DNA of 64,000 nucleotides. Origin: Thermodesulfobacteriota bacterium. Lineage in GTDB: Bacteria > Desulfobacterota > Desulfarculia > JACQYL01. The position numbers and the translations under genes were made by a program. The stretch's first letter is position 1. Every line of letters begins with the position of its first letter. The notes under the pieces are model-generated. The model had not been told where the DNA came from. It saw only the letters and a list, made by a program, of their open reading frames with translations, and searched no databases. The stretch is taken from positions 2,624,001 through 2,688,000 of the forward strand of contig CAXXLZ010000002.1 of assembly GCA_963675595.2 (NCBI GenBank), in the 5' to 3' direction. This document shows, piece after piece, positions 1 to 10,489 of this stretch.

Positions 1-680
1 TATTCGAGAAGAAATGTCTCTTTCTTCCCCTGGACAACGGCTTGAATTCCTTCCAGGGCCTCCTGTGCGCCTTCAGCCCCCATATCGGAAGCGCGACGAC
101 AGACGTCATAGTAATTGACGCCCTCTGAAACCCCGGACGGGTGCCCTCCGTTTTCGGAAGCAAATCGAGTCCAGGCCGAATTGACCGCCAGAACGGTCCC
201 TCCTTCATCCACCACAGCTACGTGCGCCGGCAGAGAATCCAAAATGGCGGCGTTGAACCGTTCGCTCTCCCGGAGTGCGGATTCGGCTTCGCTTCTCCGT
301 GCATCCGCCGTTGCCGCGTACAAGGCCATTTCGATGGCGATTCGAATGTCGCGATTCTGGTAGGGTTTGATGAGGTATCCGAAGGGAAAGGTGGGCTTGG
401 CTTTTTCGAGCCGGTCTTCATCCGCGTAAGCGGTCGTAAAGATGACGGGAATCCGGTAGCGGTTTCGAAGGATGTCCGCAGTGTCGATACCGTCCGCGCC
501 GCCTTTGAGCATGATGTCCATCAACACGACGTCGGGACGGTCCCTTTGGACCACCTCCAAAGCCTCTTCGCTTGAAGAGACGGAGGCGATCACCCGGTAC
601 CCCATGCTCAGCAGTCGCGCTTCGAGGTCCATGGCGATGATGTACTCGTCTTCGACGATGAGCACTTTGTCTCCGGCCAT
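1..680 (-). CDS. Receiver (REC) + PAS signalling protein, running off the window edge
   Basis: Not in ORF track; hand-translated from ATG at 680: MAGDKVLIVEDEYIIAMDLEARL...DVVLMDIML...IPVIFTTAYAD...GYLIKP (REC), then ALRESERFNAAILDSLPAHVAVVD...VN (PAS). GGAG upstream. Confidence 0.85.
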   Translation of the reverse strand, partial: MAGDKVLIVEDEYIIAMDLEARLLSMGYRVIASVSSSEEALEVVQRDRPDVVLMDIMLKGGADGIDTADILRNRYRIPVIFTTAYADEDRLEKAKPTFPFGYLIKPYQNRDIRIAIEMALYAATADARRSEAESALRESERFNAAILDSLPAHVAVVDEGGTVLAVNSAWTRFASENGGHPSGVSEGVNYYDVCRRASDMGAEGAQEALEGIQAVVQGKKETFLLE

Positions 681-1031
681 GACCGTCTCCCACGAGCCCG
701 GATAAAACGAATTCGATATAGGACGTCTTGTTGTCTACAAGAAAAGAATTAAACCTCATCGGAAGGAACAAGACAAGGAAGAATCGGCTCCAGGCGTCAT
801 TCCCTCATCAACAAAGAGGAAGCCGATCACCATATTCGAACGCGGCCCAACAACCGCGACCTTTGGGAGTGCCGCGTGCCGTGAGGAATTGCCCAAAGAC
901 GACGGGCGGGGACGACCCGTGGTCACGCATACGGTTTAACGGAAGCCCCTAAAAACCATGGGCGTCCGGGACTTTGCCGGCAGATTCCCGGACGCCGACT
1001 TTCTACTCCCACCGAGTCCTCGGCGTATAAG

Positions 1032-1793
1032 TCAGTTCTGGATGGCTTGGATCATCTTCCCCACGATTTCCTTGGCTACGGTCTGCTGATCATATGGAGA
1101 AATCCCGTTCAGGTCCGCCTCAATGATCGCCGTGTCGTAGGGAATGAATCCCATGAACTCAAAACCCGGCATGTTCTCTTCGAGAAATCGCCGGTCCTCG
1201 GGGCCTCGTATCTTGTTCCCCACCAGTGCAATCCTGCTCAGTCCGATTTCTCCCGCGAGTTTCTGAATATGATGTGCGGTTTCCACACTTCGCCTGCCGG
1301 GCTCCACCACCACAAGGAGCTTGTTCACGGCGCTCGCGGTCCCTCGACCGAGGTGTTCAATTCCCGCCTCCATGTCCATGACCACAACGTCGTCCCGTGC
1401 CAACACGACATGGTTGACCAGAGCCTTCAGCAGCGTGCTTTCCGGGCAAATGCACCCTCCGCCGCCTTTCTTGACGCCTCCCAACCGCATGAGCATGATG
1501 CCGTCCTTTTTCGCGGACAGCTTCTCGGGCAGATCATCCACTTTGGGATTCAGTTTGAACATGCCTCCCACGGAACCCGGTTTCGCCTCCGTGCGCTCTT
1601 CCACCAGTTCCTTCATCTCGGAGATAGGTACGATCTTGTCCGCATCCGGAATGCCCAGTGCGCTTGCCAAATTCGCATCGGGGTCCGCATCTATGGCCAG
1701 AACTCGTTTCCCCGCATCGGCGAGGGCACGGATAATCAAAGACGCAACGGTCGTCTTGCCCACCCCACCTTTACCACTAATCGCTATTTTCAT
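1032..1793 (-). CDS. cooC: CO dehydrogenase/ACS nickel-insertion ATPase (CooC/AcsF family)
   Basis: GKGGVGKTT deviant Walker A, DADPD, GGGCICP Ni-binding motif, DMEAGIEHLGRG. Confidence 0.9.
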   Translation of the reverse strand: MKIAISGKGGVGKTTVASLIIRALADAGKRVLAIDADPDANLASALGIPDADKIVPISEMKELVEERTEAKPGSVGGMFKLNPKVDDLPEKLSAKKDGIMLMRLGGVKKGGGGCICPESTLLKALVNHVVLARDDVVVMDMEAGIEHLGRGTASAVNKLLVVVEPGRRSVETAHHIQKLAGEIGLSRIALVGNKIRGPEDRRFLEENMPGFEFMGFIPYDTAIIEADLNGISPYDQQTVAKEIVGKMIQAIQN

Positions 1794-1855
1794 GAAATTA
1801 CCTCCCTCTAGTCCTCGGAATCACAAGAATGTGAGTCAGCCGTCCGCACGGCTTA

Positions 1856-2494
1856 TCATTTCGACCGACTTCGGTAGATGCCCACCAAAGGATACACCAC
1901 CGTGCCCGCGAGCCATGCGATATCTTCGAGGGACAAACAACGAGCCACCGTCTCGTCGAAAAGCACATTCCCGTCCGCCGGAAATTCGTCGTCGCCTTCG
2001 TGAAGTTGAAGAACCATCGGCACCAGAGGAAAAGGATGGAATTGAAACGCGGTGCCGGCCACGCCGGGCTCCTCCACCCCGCCCATCTTTCGAGCGATTT
2101 CTTTCAAAGACTCCGCGTCGTTACCGAAAGTATTCACCAAAGGATCGATGGCTCGCTTTCTAAAGGCCGGATAATAGAATTCGCCGGATGGAATCTCCCG
2201 GTAGGTGATCCACTTGCCCGTGGGCTTGAATCCCCTGGCCCCAAGAAGATAATGAAGAACAAGCACCTTTTCCTGCACCGTGATTTCCCGACCGGTATCC
2301 CCTTCCAGAGGCTCGACATCCATGTAATCGAACCTGATCTTCACCGTCCGTCCGTTGAACGGCAATAGTACCGCCGGAGCGGGATCCGCAACATATTCGG
2401 ATCCACTGCGATTCGCCACCCAACCAGGATCCTGATTCGACAACTCCTCCCGAGCCAAATTGAACGCATTCACATAATCATCCACACGAGCCAT
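1856..2494 (-). CDS. DUF3786-like protein
   Basis: VLVLHYL...WITYREIPSG.FY..AF...FP.VP....L.EGDDEFPA..NVLFD pattern recalled for this family; co-oriented upstream of cooC. Confidence 0.75.
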   Translation of the reverse strand: MARVDDYVNAFNLAREELSNQDPGWVANRSGSEYVADPAPAVLLPFNGRTVKIRFDYMDVEPLEGDTGREITVQEKVLVLHYLLGARGFKPTGKWITYREIPSGEFYYPAFRKRAIDPLVNTFGNDAESLKEIARKMGGVEEPGVAGTAFQFHPFPLVPMVLQLHEGDDEFPADGNVLFDETVARCLSLEDIAWLAGTVVYPLVGIYRSRSK

Positions 2495-2658
2495 CGGAAC
2501 CTCCCTTGATTTCGATCTTCTTTAAACTATATATCCTGCATTGGACCGCTTCAAGGGCGAGAAGCGGTTTCCCGCACCGCCTACAAACCAGTTGACTATG
2601 TTACCCCTTTTCCTTATGCTTCCGGCGAAACCTTCTGATGATAGAGAGGAGTGCCGGT

Positions 2659-3240
2659 GTGAAAAGACTGCTTGTCGGAATCATTTCCATTACCGTCCTT
2701 TTAGGCCTATTCGCCTGCTCGGCGCCCGATACCATTACCAGAAGCGCAGTGGATCGTTTCAAGCTCGGAGAAACGACCCAAGATGAAATCAGAAGCGAAT
2801 ACGGCAATCAGGATTTGATCGCGGAACAGAGCACGCCCGGAGGCGGTCTGGTGAAGCTGAGCTATGCGTACCGCGACCCCAACGATGAAGCTTCGTGCGA
2901 CCCCTCGGTCTACGCCATCAAACAGGTGGACTTCTTTTTCAAAGAAGACAAACTCTATGGGGTTCAGTACATAAGCTCCATGGCGGGCGATTGCACGAAG
3001 TTCGACGACGCCAAAGTTACCGAAATCAAAGTGGGTGAGACCGGAATGGACCAGGTAAAGGAATGGCTCGGCCCCCCCAACGGAAAGTTCCTCGCCGACG
3101 GTCCGGGCATCATATGGCGTTACGTGTACGTCCAGAAGAATATGCACTCCAGAGAATACGACCGACAGAGTTTGGATATTCTGTTCGACGAAGAAGGAAT
3201 CGTACAGGATTTCAAACTGGATTCCTTTATGGGCTCCTGA
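2659..3240 (+). CDS. Lipoprotein with two BamE/SmpA-like repeats
   Basis: GTG start after GAGGAG; lipobox LFAC; repeats K.GETT..EI...YG and KVGET...QV...LGPP. Confidence 0.7.
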   Translation: MKRLLVGIISITVLLGLFACSAPDTITRSAVDRFKLGETTQDEIRSEYGNQDLIAEQSTPGGGLVKLSYAYRDPNDEASCDPSVYAIKQVDFFFKEDKLYGVQYISSMAGDCTKFDDAKVTEIKVGETGMDQVKEWLGPPNGKFLADGPGIIWRYVYVQKNMHSREYDRQSLDILFDEEGIVQDFKLDSFMGS

Positions 3241-3267
3241 TCGAAGAGCCGACATTTTCACGGAGTT

Positions 3268-3307
3268 GAAAAAAAGGGACGCCGGACAAAACGGCGTCCC
3301 TTTTTTC
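3268..3307. terminator. Bidirectional intrinsic terminator
   Basis: AAAAAAGGGACGCCG-GACAAAA-CGGCGTCCCTTTTTT between convergent genes. Confidence 0.85.
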
Positions 3308-3323
3308 ATGATGATCGATCACT

Positions 3324-5912
3324 TCATTCGGATCGAAAAACAACTTCTCCCGAATCCTCCACGTCCATCATAACTCGATCCCCTTCTTTGAACTTGCCCT
3401 CCAGAAGTCTCAGCGCCAGCTCATTGAGGATGTATTGCTGCAAAGCCCGCTTGAGAGGACGGGCGCCGTATACGGGATCGTACCCCTTATCCGCCAGGAA
3501 TTCCTTTGCCCGTTCCGTGAGTTCCAGGCTCAACGCCTGCTCCTGCAGGCGCTTCCGGAGCAAACCGAGCTGTATCTCGATGATCTGTTTCATCGTTTCT
3601 TTTCCGAGTTTCTGAAATATGACGATATCATCCACCCGGTTGAGAAACTCAGGTTTGAAGTGTCCCTTCAGAGCATCCATGACCCTGCGTCTGATTTCTT
3701 CCACATCCTGTTCGCCCGATTCCGAAATCCATTGGCTCCCGATGTTGGAGGTCATAATGATGACCGTGTTCTTGAAGTCCACGGTCCGACCTTTGCCGTC
3801 GGTCATTCTGCCGTCGTCGAGAATCTGGAGCAGGGCGTTGAACACATCCGGATGAGCCTTTTCGATTTCGTCGAAAAGCACCACGCTGTAGGGTCGCCTT
3901 CGAACCGCCTCCGTCAGGTACCCCCCTTCCTCGTACCCCACGTATCCCGGAGGGGCGCCGATCAGTCGCGCCACCGAATGTTTTTCCATGAATTCGCTCA
4001 TGTCCAGCCGGATCATTGCCTGTTCGTCGTCGAACATGAACTCCGCGAGAGCGCGGGCCAATTCGGTCTTTCCCACACCCGTGGGACCCATGAAGATGAA
4101 TGAGCCAATGGGCCGGTTGGGATCCTGAATGCCCGCTCTCGCTCTTCGTACCGCGTTGGCTACCGCAACGATGGCCTCATCTTGGGCGACCACCCGCTTC
4201 CGCAGATTTTCTTCCATTCGAATCAACTTTTCCCGTTCACCCTCCAGCATCCGCGATACGGGGATCCCCGTCCATTTGGAGACGAGTTCGGCAATGTCCT
4301 CATCGTCCACTTCCTCTTTGAGGAACGAGCCCTCTTTCTGGATATCTATCAGGTGGTCGCTTTCCTCGGAAACCCGCCTTTCCAGATCCAGAAGAGTTCC
4401 GTACCGAATCTCGGCGGCTTTGGCCAAATCTCCGGATCGTTCCGCTTCGGCGGCTTCGGTTCGGAGTCGATCCATTTCCTCTTTGAGCGACTGAATCTTC
4501 TGCAGGGCCTCTTTTTCGTTCTGCCATTTGAGTTTCAGGCTCCGGCTTTTCTCCCCCAGGTCGGCAAGTTCCCGTTCGAGCTGTTCAAGACGCTCCACCG
4601 AACGTTCGTCCTTTTCCTTTTTCAGGGCTTCCCGCTCGATTTCCATCTGAACGGTTCTTCGCTCGATCTGGTCCAGTTCTTCCGGCATGGAGTCGATTTC
4701 TATCCTCAATCGGCTGGCGGCCTCGTCGATGAGGTCCACGGCTTTGTCGGGGAGAAACCGATCCGTGATGTAACGGTTGGACAGCGTCGCCGCAGCCACG
4801 ATGGCCGAGTTGGTGATACGCACGCCGTGGTGAAGTTCGTACCGTTCCTTCAGCCCTCTCAGAATGGCGATCGTGTCCTCGACGGAAGGCTCGAGAACCA
4901 CTATGGGTTGGAACCGCCTTTCCAAAGCGGGATCCTTCTCGATCCGTTTCCGATACTCGTCAATGGTGGTGGCCCCCACACAACGCAGCTCTCCACGTGC
5001 CAAGGCCGGCTTGAGCATGTTGGAAGCGTCCATGGCGCCTTCCGCAGCACCCGCACCCACCATGGTATGAATCTCGTCGATGAACAGGATGACGCCGCCT
5101 TCGGATTCGGCAATCTCCTTGAGCACGGCTTTGAGTCGGTCCTCGAACTCACCGCGATACTTGGCGCCGGCCACGAGTGCTCCCATGTCCAAGGCCAGGA
5201 CGCTCTTGTCGTTCAGACTTTCCGGAACGTCTCCACTGATGATGCGCTGCGCCAAGCCTTCGACAATGGCGGTTTTTCCCACGCCGGGTTCGCCGATCAG
5301 GACCGGGTTGTTCTTCGTTCTTCGAGTAAGGACCTGCATGATCCGCCGGATTTCGTCGTCACGACCGATGACCGGATCGAGTTTTCCTCTTCGAGCAAGA
5401 TCGGTTAGATCTCGGCAATAGCGTTCCAGGGCCTGATACTTGTCTTCCGGGTTCTGGTCCGTTACTCGGTGGCTGCCTCGTACTTCCTGGAAGGCGGCCA
5501 GTAGGTTCTCGCGGGTGACACCCAGTTTTCTCAGCAACTTGGCAATGGAATCGCCCGCTGAAAGTGAGGCCAGAAGTATATGTTCCGCGCTGATATATTC
5601 ATCGTGAAGCTGAACGGCCTCATTCCACGCCTCATCCAGCACCCGCTTCAATTGCGGAGAAATATAGCTTTGCGAGACTCCGGCCCCGGTGATCTTGGGC
5701 AACCGAGCGATGTTGTCCTCCAAAGCCTCCGCCACCTGTTGGGGTCGTACGCCCAACTTCTGAAAGATGGGGTTCAACACGGCGCCGGACTGCGTCATAA
5801 GGCTCTTCATCACGTGCTCGGGCTCGATCTGCTGATGTCCCGACTCCTCGGCGAGGTGTTGAGCCTCACGAATGCTCTCCTGCACCTTCAAAGTCATCTT
5901 TTCAAATCGCAT
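3324..5912 (-). CDS. clpB: Chaperone ClpB
   Basis: 862 aa; two AAA+ modules ([16 protein letters not shown]), long coiled-coil middle domain, [16 protein letters not shown]. Confidence 0.97.
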   Translation of the reverse strand: MRFEKMTLKVQESIREAQHLAEESGHQQIEPEHVMKSLMTQSGAVLNPIFQKLGVRPQQVAEALEDNIARLPKITGAGVSQSYISPQLKRVLDEAWNEAVQLHDEYISAEHILLASLSAGDSIAKLLRKLGVTRENLLAAFQEVRGSHRVTDQNPEDKYQALERYCRDLTDLARRGKLDPVIGRDDEIRRIMQVLTRRTKNNPVLIGEPGVGKTAIVEGLAQRIISGDVPESLNDKSVLALDMGALVAGAKYRGEFEDRLKAVLKEIAESEGGVILFIDEIHTMVGAGAAEGAMDASNMLKPALARGELRCVGATTIDEYRKRIEKDPALERRFQPIVVLEPSVEDTIAILRGLKERYELHHGVRITNSAIVAAATLSNRYITDRFLPDKAVDLIDEAASRLRIEIDSMPEELDQIERRTVQMEIEREALKKEKDERSVERLEQLERELADLGEKSRSLKLKWQNEKEALQKIQSLKEEMDRLRTEAAEAERSGDLAKAAEIRYGTLLDLERRVSEESDHLIDIQKEGSFLKEEVDDEDIAELVSKWTGIPVSRMLEGEREKLIRMEENLRKRVVAQDEAIVAVANAVRRARAGIQDPNRPIGSFIFMGPTGVGKTELARALAEFMFDDEQAMIRLDMSEFMEKHSVARLIGAPPGYVGYEEGGYLTEAVRRRPYSVVLFDEIEKAHPDVFNALLQILDDGRMTDGKGRTVDFKNTVIIMTSNIGSQWISESGEQDVEEIRRRVMDALKGHFKPEFLNRVDDIVIFQKLGKETMKQIIEIQLGLLRKRLQEQALSLELTERAKEFLADKGYDPVYGARPLKRALQQYILNELALRLLEGKFKEGDRVMMDVEDSGEVVFRSE

Positions 5913-5954
5913 AGGGTTTCTCCTTCCCCCTTTTCTATTCGATTGTGCTCCCTA

Positions 5955-5982
5955 AAAATAATCACGGAGCTTAAGGTGTCAA
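5955..5982 (-). promoter_or_regulatory. Putative sigma70 promoter of clpB
   Basis: TTGACA-N16-TATTTT on minus strand, about 40 nt upstream of the ATG. Confidence 0.45.
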
Positions 5983-6400
5983 CAATCGTAGTTGTGACGC
6001 GTAGTTAAGAGGGATAAACACAAATTCGGGCAGATGAGGACGGCTTAATGAGAAGCGAAGCACGGCTCGAGGATCGCCTCCCCTGCTCGGAATCAGCGAC
6101 GGCCGACTCGCTCCAAGCGGTGAAGAGCCCACAGCCTCCGTATTGTGAGGATGGATAAGGCGAAACCGGTGGCGGAACTCCCGGCTCAATGAGTCGATAG
6201 ATTCTCTGCGTGGGGAAAAGGTGAACGAGCCCTATTCGGAAGCAACTGTGTTCTTTGTCAACTGAGTTGTTTGTCACTGATTCCTATGAAGCTGTAACAC
6301 GGCGCTTGCTAGGCGCGGCACGCGTGGGGCTGCCGCGCGCAAGCACCGCGCCACAGCAGACCACGGCAGCATCGGTTAACCGATGTGATACATAAACCGG

Positions 6401-7561
<1,161 letters not shown>

Positions 7562-7592
7562 ATGCTAAATATACAAGGGGGTCCGGATTGGA

Positions 7593-8534
7593 TCAGTCCG
7601 GCAGCTCTCCACCCAGGGCGAGATCCACGAGGGTGTCCAACAAACGTGAAAATTCCAGTCCCGAAGCCTTGGCGGCTTGTGGGAAAAGGCTGGTTTGGGT
7701 CATGCCGGGAATGGTGTTCACCTCGAGAACCTTGATGCGGTCCCCCACCACGAACATGTCCACCCGGCTGTAGCCGCGACAGTCCAGAGCCCGATGAGCC
7801 GCCAGTGCGATTTCCCGAGCGCGTGCCGAGAGCTCTTCATTCAAACGCGCCGGGCAGATTTCCTCCGTGGCTCCCGGAGTGTATTTGGCGTGCAGATCGA
7901 AAAATTCGTGATCCGTTCCGGGAATGATTTCGACCAAGGGCAGCGCCTTCAATCGATTGTTCCCCAGGACCGCGCCGGTGATCTCGACCCCCTGCAAGTA
8001 TTCTTCTACGAGTACTTCGTCGTCGTATTCAAACGCCGTCTCTAAAGCCCCCGGCAGTGCCGATGGAAACCTGACCAGGCTCATCCCGATGCTGGAACCT
8101 TCGCGCACCGGTTTGACCATCAGCGGAAATCCGATACGACTCTCCACTAGAGCAATGTCCACAGGGAGTCGTCGGTTGATCACCATGTCCTCGGGCACGT
8201 CCAATCCGGCTTGTCGGAAAAGAGCTTTGGATATCTTCTTGTTCATGGCCAGGGCCCCGGCCAGCACCCCGGATCCCTGGTAGGGAAGACCGAGTTGTTC
8301 CAGAAATCCCTGAAGCGTGCCGTCCTCTCCTCCTCTGCCGTGCACGCAAATGAAGGCTGCGTCCAGTTCGGAAGCTTTGGACGCCAGGGAAGTCAAGTCC
8401 GTTTTGAGGTCGAAATCAAAGAGAAGGTACCGGTCGGGATCGAAGTGTGCTCTCACCACCTTCCAGCCGGAAATCGAAACTTCCCTTTCGCTGGAAGAGC
8501 CTCCATAAAGAAGGGCGAGCTTAAGGCGTTTCAA
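7593..8534 (-). CDS. ddl: D-alanine--D-alanine ligase
   Basis: GGSSSEREVS, HGRGGEDG, KPVREGSSIG, EVNTIPGMT; TTG start after GGAGG preferred over ORF-track start 8570. Confidence 0.95.
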   Translation of the reverse strand: MKRLKLALLYGGSSSEREVSISGWKVVRAHFDPDRYLLFDFDLKTDLTSLASKASELDAAFICVHGRGGEDGTLQGFLEQLGLPYQGSGVLAGALAMNKKISKALFRQAGLDVPEDMVINRRLPVDIALVESRIGFPLMVKPVREGSSIGMSLVRFPSALPGALETAFEYDDEVLVEEYLQGVEITGAVLGNNRLKALPLVEIIPGTDHEFFDLHAKYTPGATEEICPARLNEELSARAREIALAAHRALDCRGYSRVDMFVVGDRIKVLEVNTIPGMTQTSLFPQAAKASGLEFSRLLDTLVDLALGGELPD

Positions 8535-9120
8535 GGATACAGGCCTCCAAGTCCTCCGGATTGAAATCAAGGGCCGAAAAAAGCTTCTGCTCCATCAGTC
8601 TGATCGACTCGAAGTTGGCGCGAATCAGCCGTTTATGCTCCTCCGTTCGCCCGTACCGTTCCTCCAGATCGCGAAAACGCTCCTCCAAATCGACCAACTG
8701 GTCATGTTTCACCCGCTTATCCGCATAACAAACGATCTCCCCCTCGGTGATCCATCGCGAATCCGCAGGGTCGGGTCGGTAATGAACGTGTTGGCCGACG
8801 ATTTTCCCCACTTCGGGATAGCCCAACTCCACTAGAAACTCTTCTCCGCTTTCGTCGTGGCGTTCTCGGGTGACAATGGATCGGGTCTTGGTGATGTCGT
8901 GCAGCAAGGCTCCCGCTTCGACCAAGGAAAGATTCAGCGGTAAGCCCACGGACAGATGCCCTCGGGCGAGAACCATGGCGGCTGCGGCCACCAGCAGGCT
9001 GTGATCCAGGATATTCGGCAGCATGTTCGATTCCGCGATGATCGCAAGACACCCGGCTCGATCGGGAATGACGGCCGGCGCGTGACCGATGTTCGAAATC
9101 TGGAAAGAAAATTGATCCAT
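8521..9120 (-). CDS. HD-domain metal-dependent phosphohydrolase
   Basis: H...ALLHDITK...H...HV...YADKRV. Confidence 0.85.
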   Translation of the reverse strand: MDQFSFQISNIGHAPAVIPDRAGCLAIIAESNMLPNILDHSLLVAAAAMVLARGHLSVGLPLNLSLVEAGALLHDITKTRSIVTRERHDESGEEFLVELGYPEVGKIVGQHVHYRPDPADSRWITEGEIVCYADKRVKHDQLVDLEERFRDLEERYGRTEEHKRLIRANFESIRLMEQKLFSALDFNPEDLEACILETP

Positions 9121-9254
9121 CTTGTTCCAAGCGGAATGGACGCGTCTTTCGACTGAGCACGTACCAGGTGATGATGATACGCCGGTTAGCGGAGGATAAG
9201 GCGCGCCTTACCGGCAAAAAAACAGAACCCGTTGACCGGAGGTAAGATTCTGTC

Positions 9255-9344
9255 ACTATAGGACATACAATGAGAGAGTGTCAAGATGATACCATATATA
9301 ACAGATGGAAATTGATTGACTATTACCTATAATTGTAATATAAA
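9255..9344. promoter_or_regulatory. Back-to-back sigma70 promoters
   Basis: Minus: TTGACA(9284-9279)-N18-TATAGT; plus: TTGACT(9316)-N17-TATAAA(9339-9344); AT-rich island. Confidence 0.65.
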
Positions 9345-9429
9345 CCATATAATTTTATATGTCTTGGCTCGATCCGACCCCAATTACTAAGAAACGTCAA
9401 GAGTCCAAGCATATCCCAAGGAGATCGGC

Positions 9430-10482
9430 ATGCCTCTGTTCACCGGCCTCATTCCGTCGGCCATCGGAAGCTTCCCCCACCAGGACCCTGAGCAGGCCGT
9501 GGACCTGATCTTCGAATATTTTCCCGAGATTCCCCTATGGCCTCAATTGCCCAATACCCGTTTCCTTGAAAACATGTACGCCCAGTATGCCGCTCCGATT
9601 CCGGGAGCTCGATTCGACGAGGACAAGGAACGCGTCTTCATCGATTCCTCCCTTATCGATCCGGAAACTCTCGAAAGCTTCTACAGCCGAGTATTGGAAG
9701 AGGATACGGAATACTTCCGCCTTCCGGAAAGCCACGCCGCCGGGTTCTATTGCTTTCTTCAACGGCTGGAGCGTAAGGCTTCGACACCGTTCCCTCTCCT
9801 CAAAGGCCATGTCACCGGACCTTTCAGCTTCGGTCTGAGTGTTCCGGACGCGAATTTGCGTGCGATCATTTATGATGAGGAACTTTTTGAAGCCGCGGTT
9901 TCAGCTCTGGCTCTGAACGCCAAATGGCAGGTGCACACTCTCGCACGGTACGCGGACAAGGTGATCGTCTTCATCGACGAGCCGTACTTGGTATCTTACG
10001 GTTCCGCCTACGTAAGCCTGGACAGAGAAAGAGTAACCGGCGCCCTGGCTCGTGTCGTGGACGCAATCAAGAATGCCGGGGGCCTCGCGGGTATTCACTG
10101 TTGCGGAAACACCGACTGGTCTCTGGTGTTGGATACGGGTCTCGACATTCTTAGTTTCGACGCATACCAGTTCTTCCCCAACCTTCTTCTTTATCGGGAC
10201 GCCCTGCAGGCATTCTTGGACCGAGGAGGCATCCCGGCTTGGGGAATCGTCCCATCCAGCGGTGAAGCCCTCGACTGTCAAACCGAGGAGCTCGTTACGC
10301 TGCTCCTCTCCCACCTGAACGACCTGAAGGACCGGTTGGGGGAGGCGTACACCACGATTCCTTCGGGGCTCATCACTCCGGCGTGCGGCCTGGGCTCCCT
10401 GTCAAGCAAGATCGCGGAGAACGCCGTACGCAAAACCCGAGCGGTATCGTTGGAAATCCAATCCAGATTACGCAACCCATGA
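9430..10482 (+). CDS. Core (single-barrel, MetE-like) methionine synthase, probably MesB type
   Basis: IGSFP, KGHVTGP, FIDEP, Zn ligands GIHCC...SFD...ITPACGL; 350 aa, no N-terminal barrel. Confidence 0.75.
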   Translation: MPLFTGLIPSAIGSFPHQDPEQAVDLIFEYFPEIPLWPQLPNTRFLENMYAQYAAPIPGARFDEDKERVFIDSSLIDPETLESFYSRVLEEDTEYFRLPESHAAGFYCFLQRLERKASTPFPLLKGHVTGPFSFGLSVPDANLRAIIYDEELFEAAVSALALNAKWQVHTLARYADKVIVFIDEPYLVSYGSAYVSLDRERVTGALARVVDAIKNAGGLAGIHCCGNTDWSLVLDTGLDILSFDAYQFFPNLLLYRDALQAFLDRGGIPAWGIVPSSGEALDCQTEELVTLLLSHLNDLKDRLGEAYTTIPSGLITPACGLGSLSSKIAENAVRKTRAVSLEIQSRLRNP

Positions 10483-10489
10483 GCCGAGA

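Noticed and set aside
5913-6240. CIRCE heat-shock operator upstream of clpB
   Set aside because: No TTAGCACTC-N9-GAGTGCTAA match found by eye.
6200-6261. Outward hybrid promoter from the IS110 right-end -35 driving clpB
   Set aside because: No acceptable -10 hexamer at 16-18 bp in the flanking DNA.
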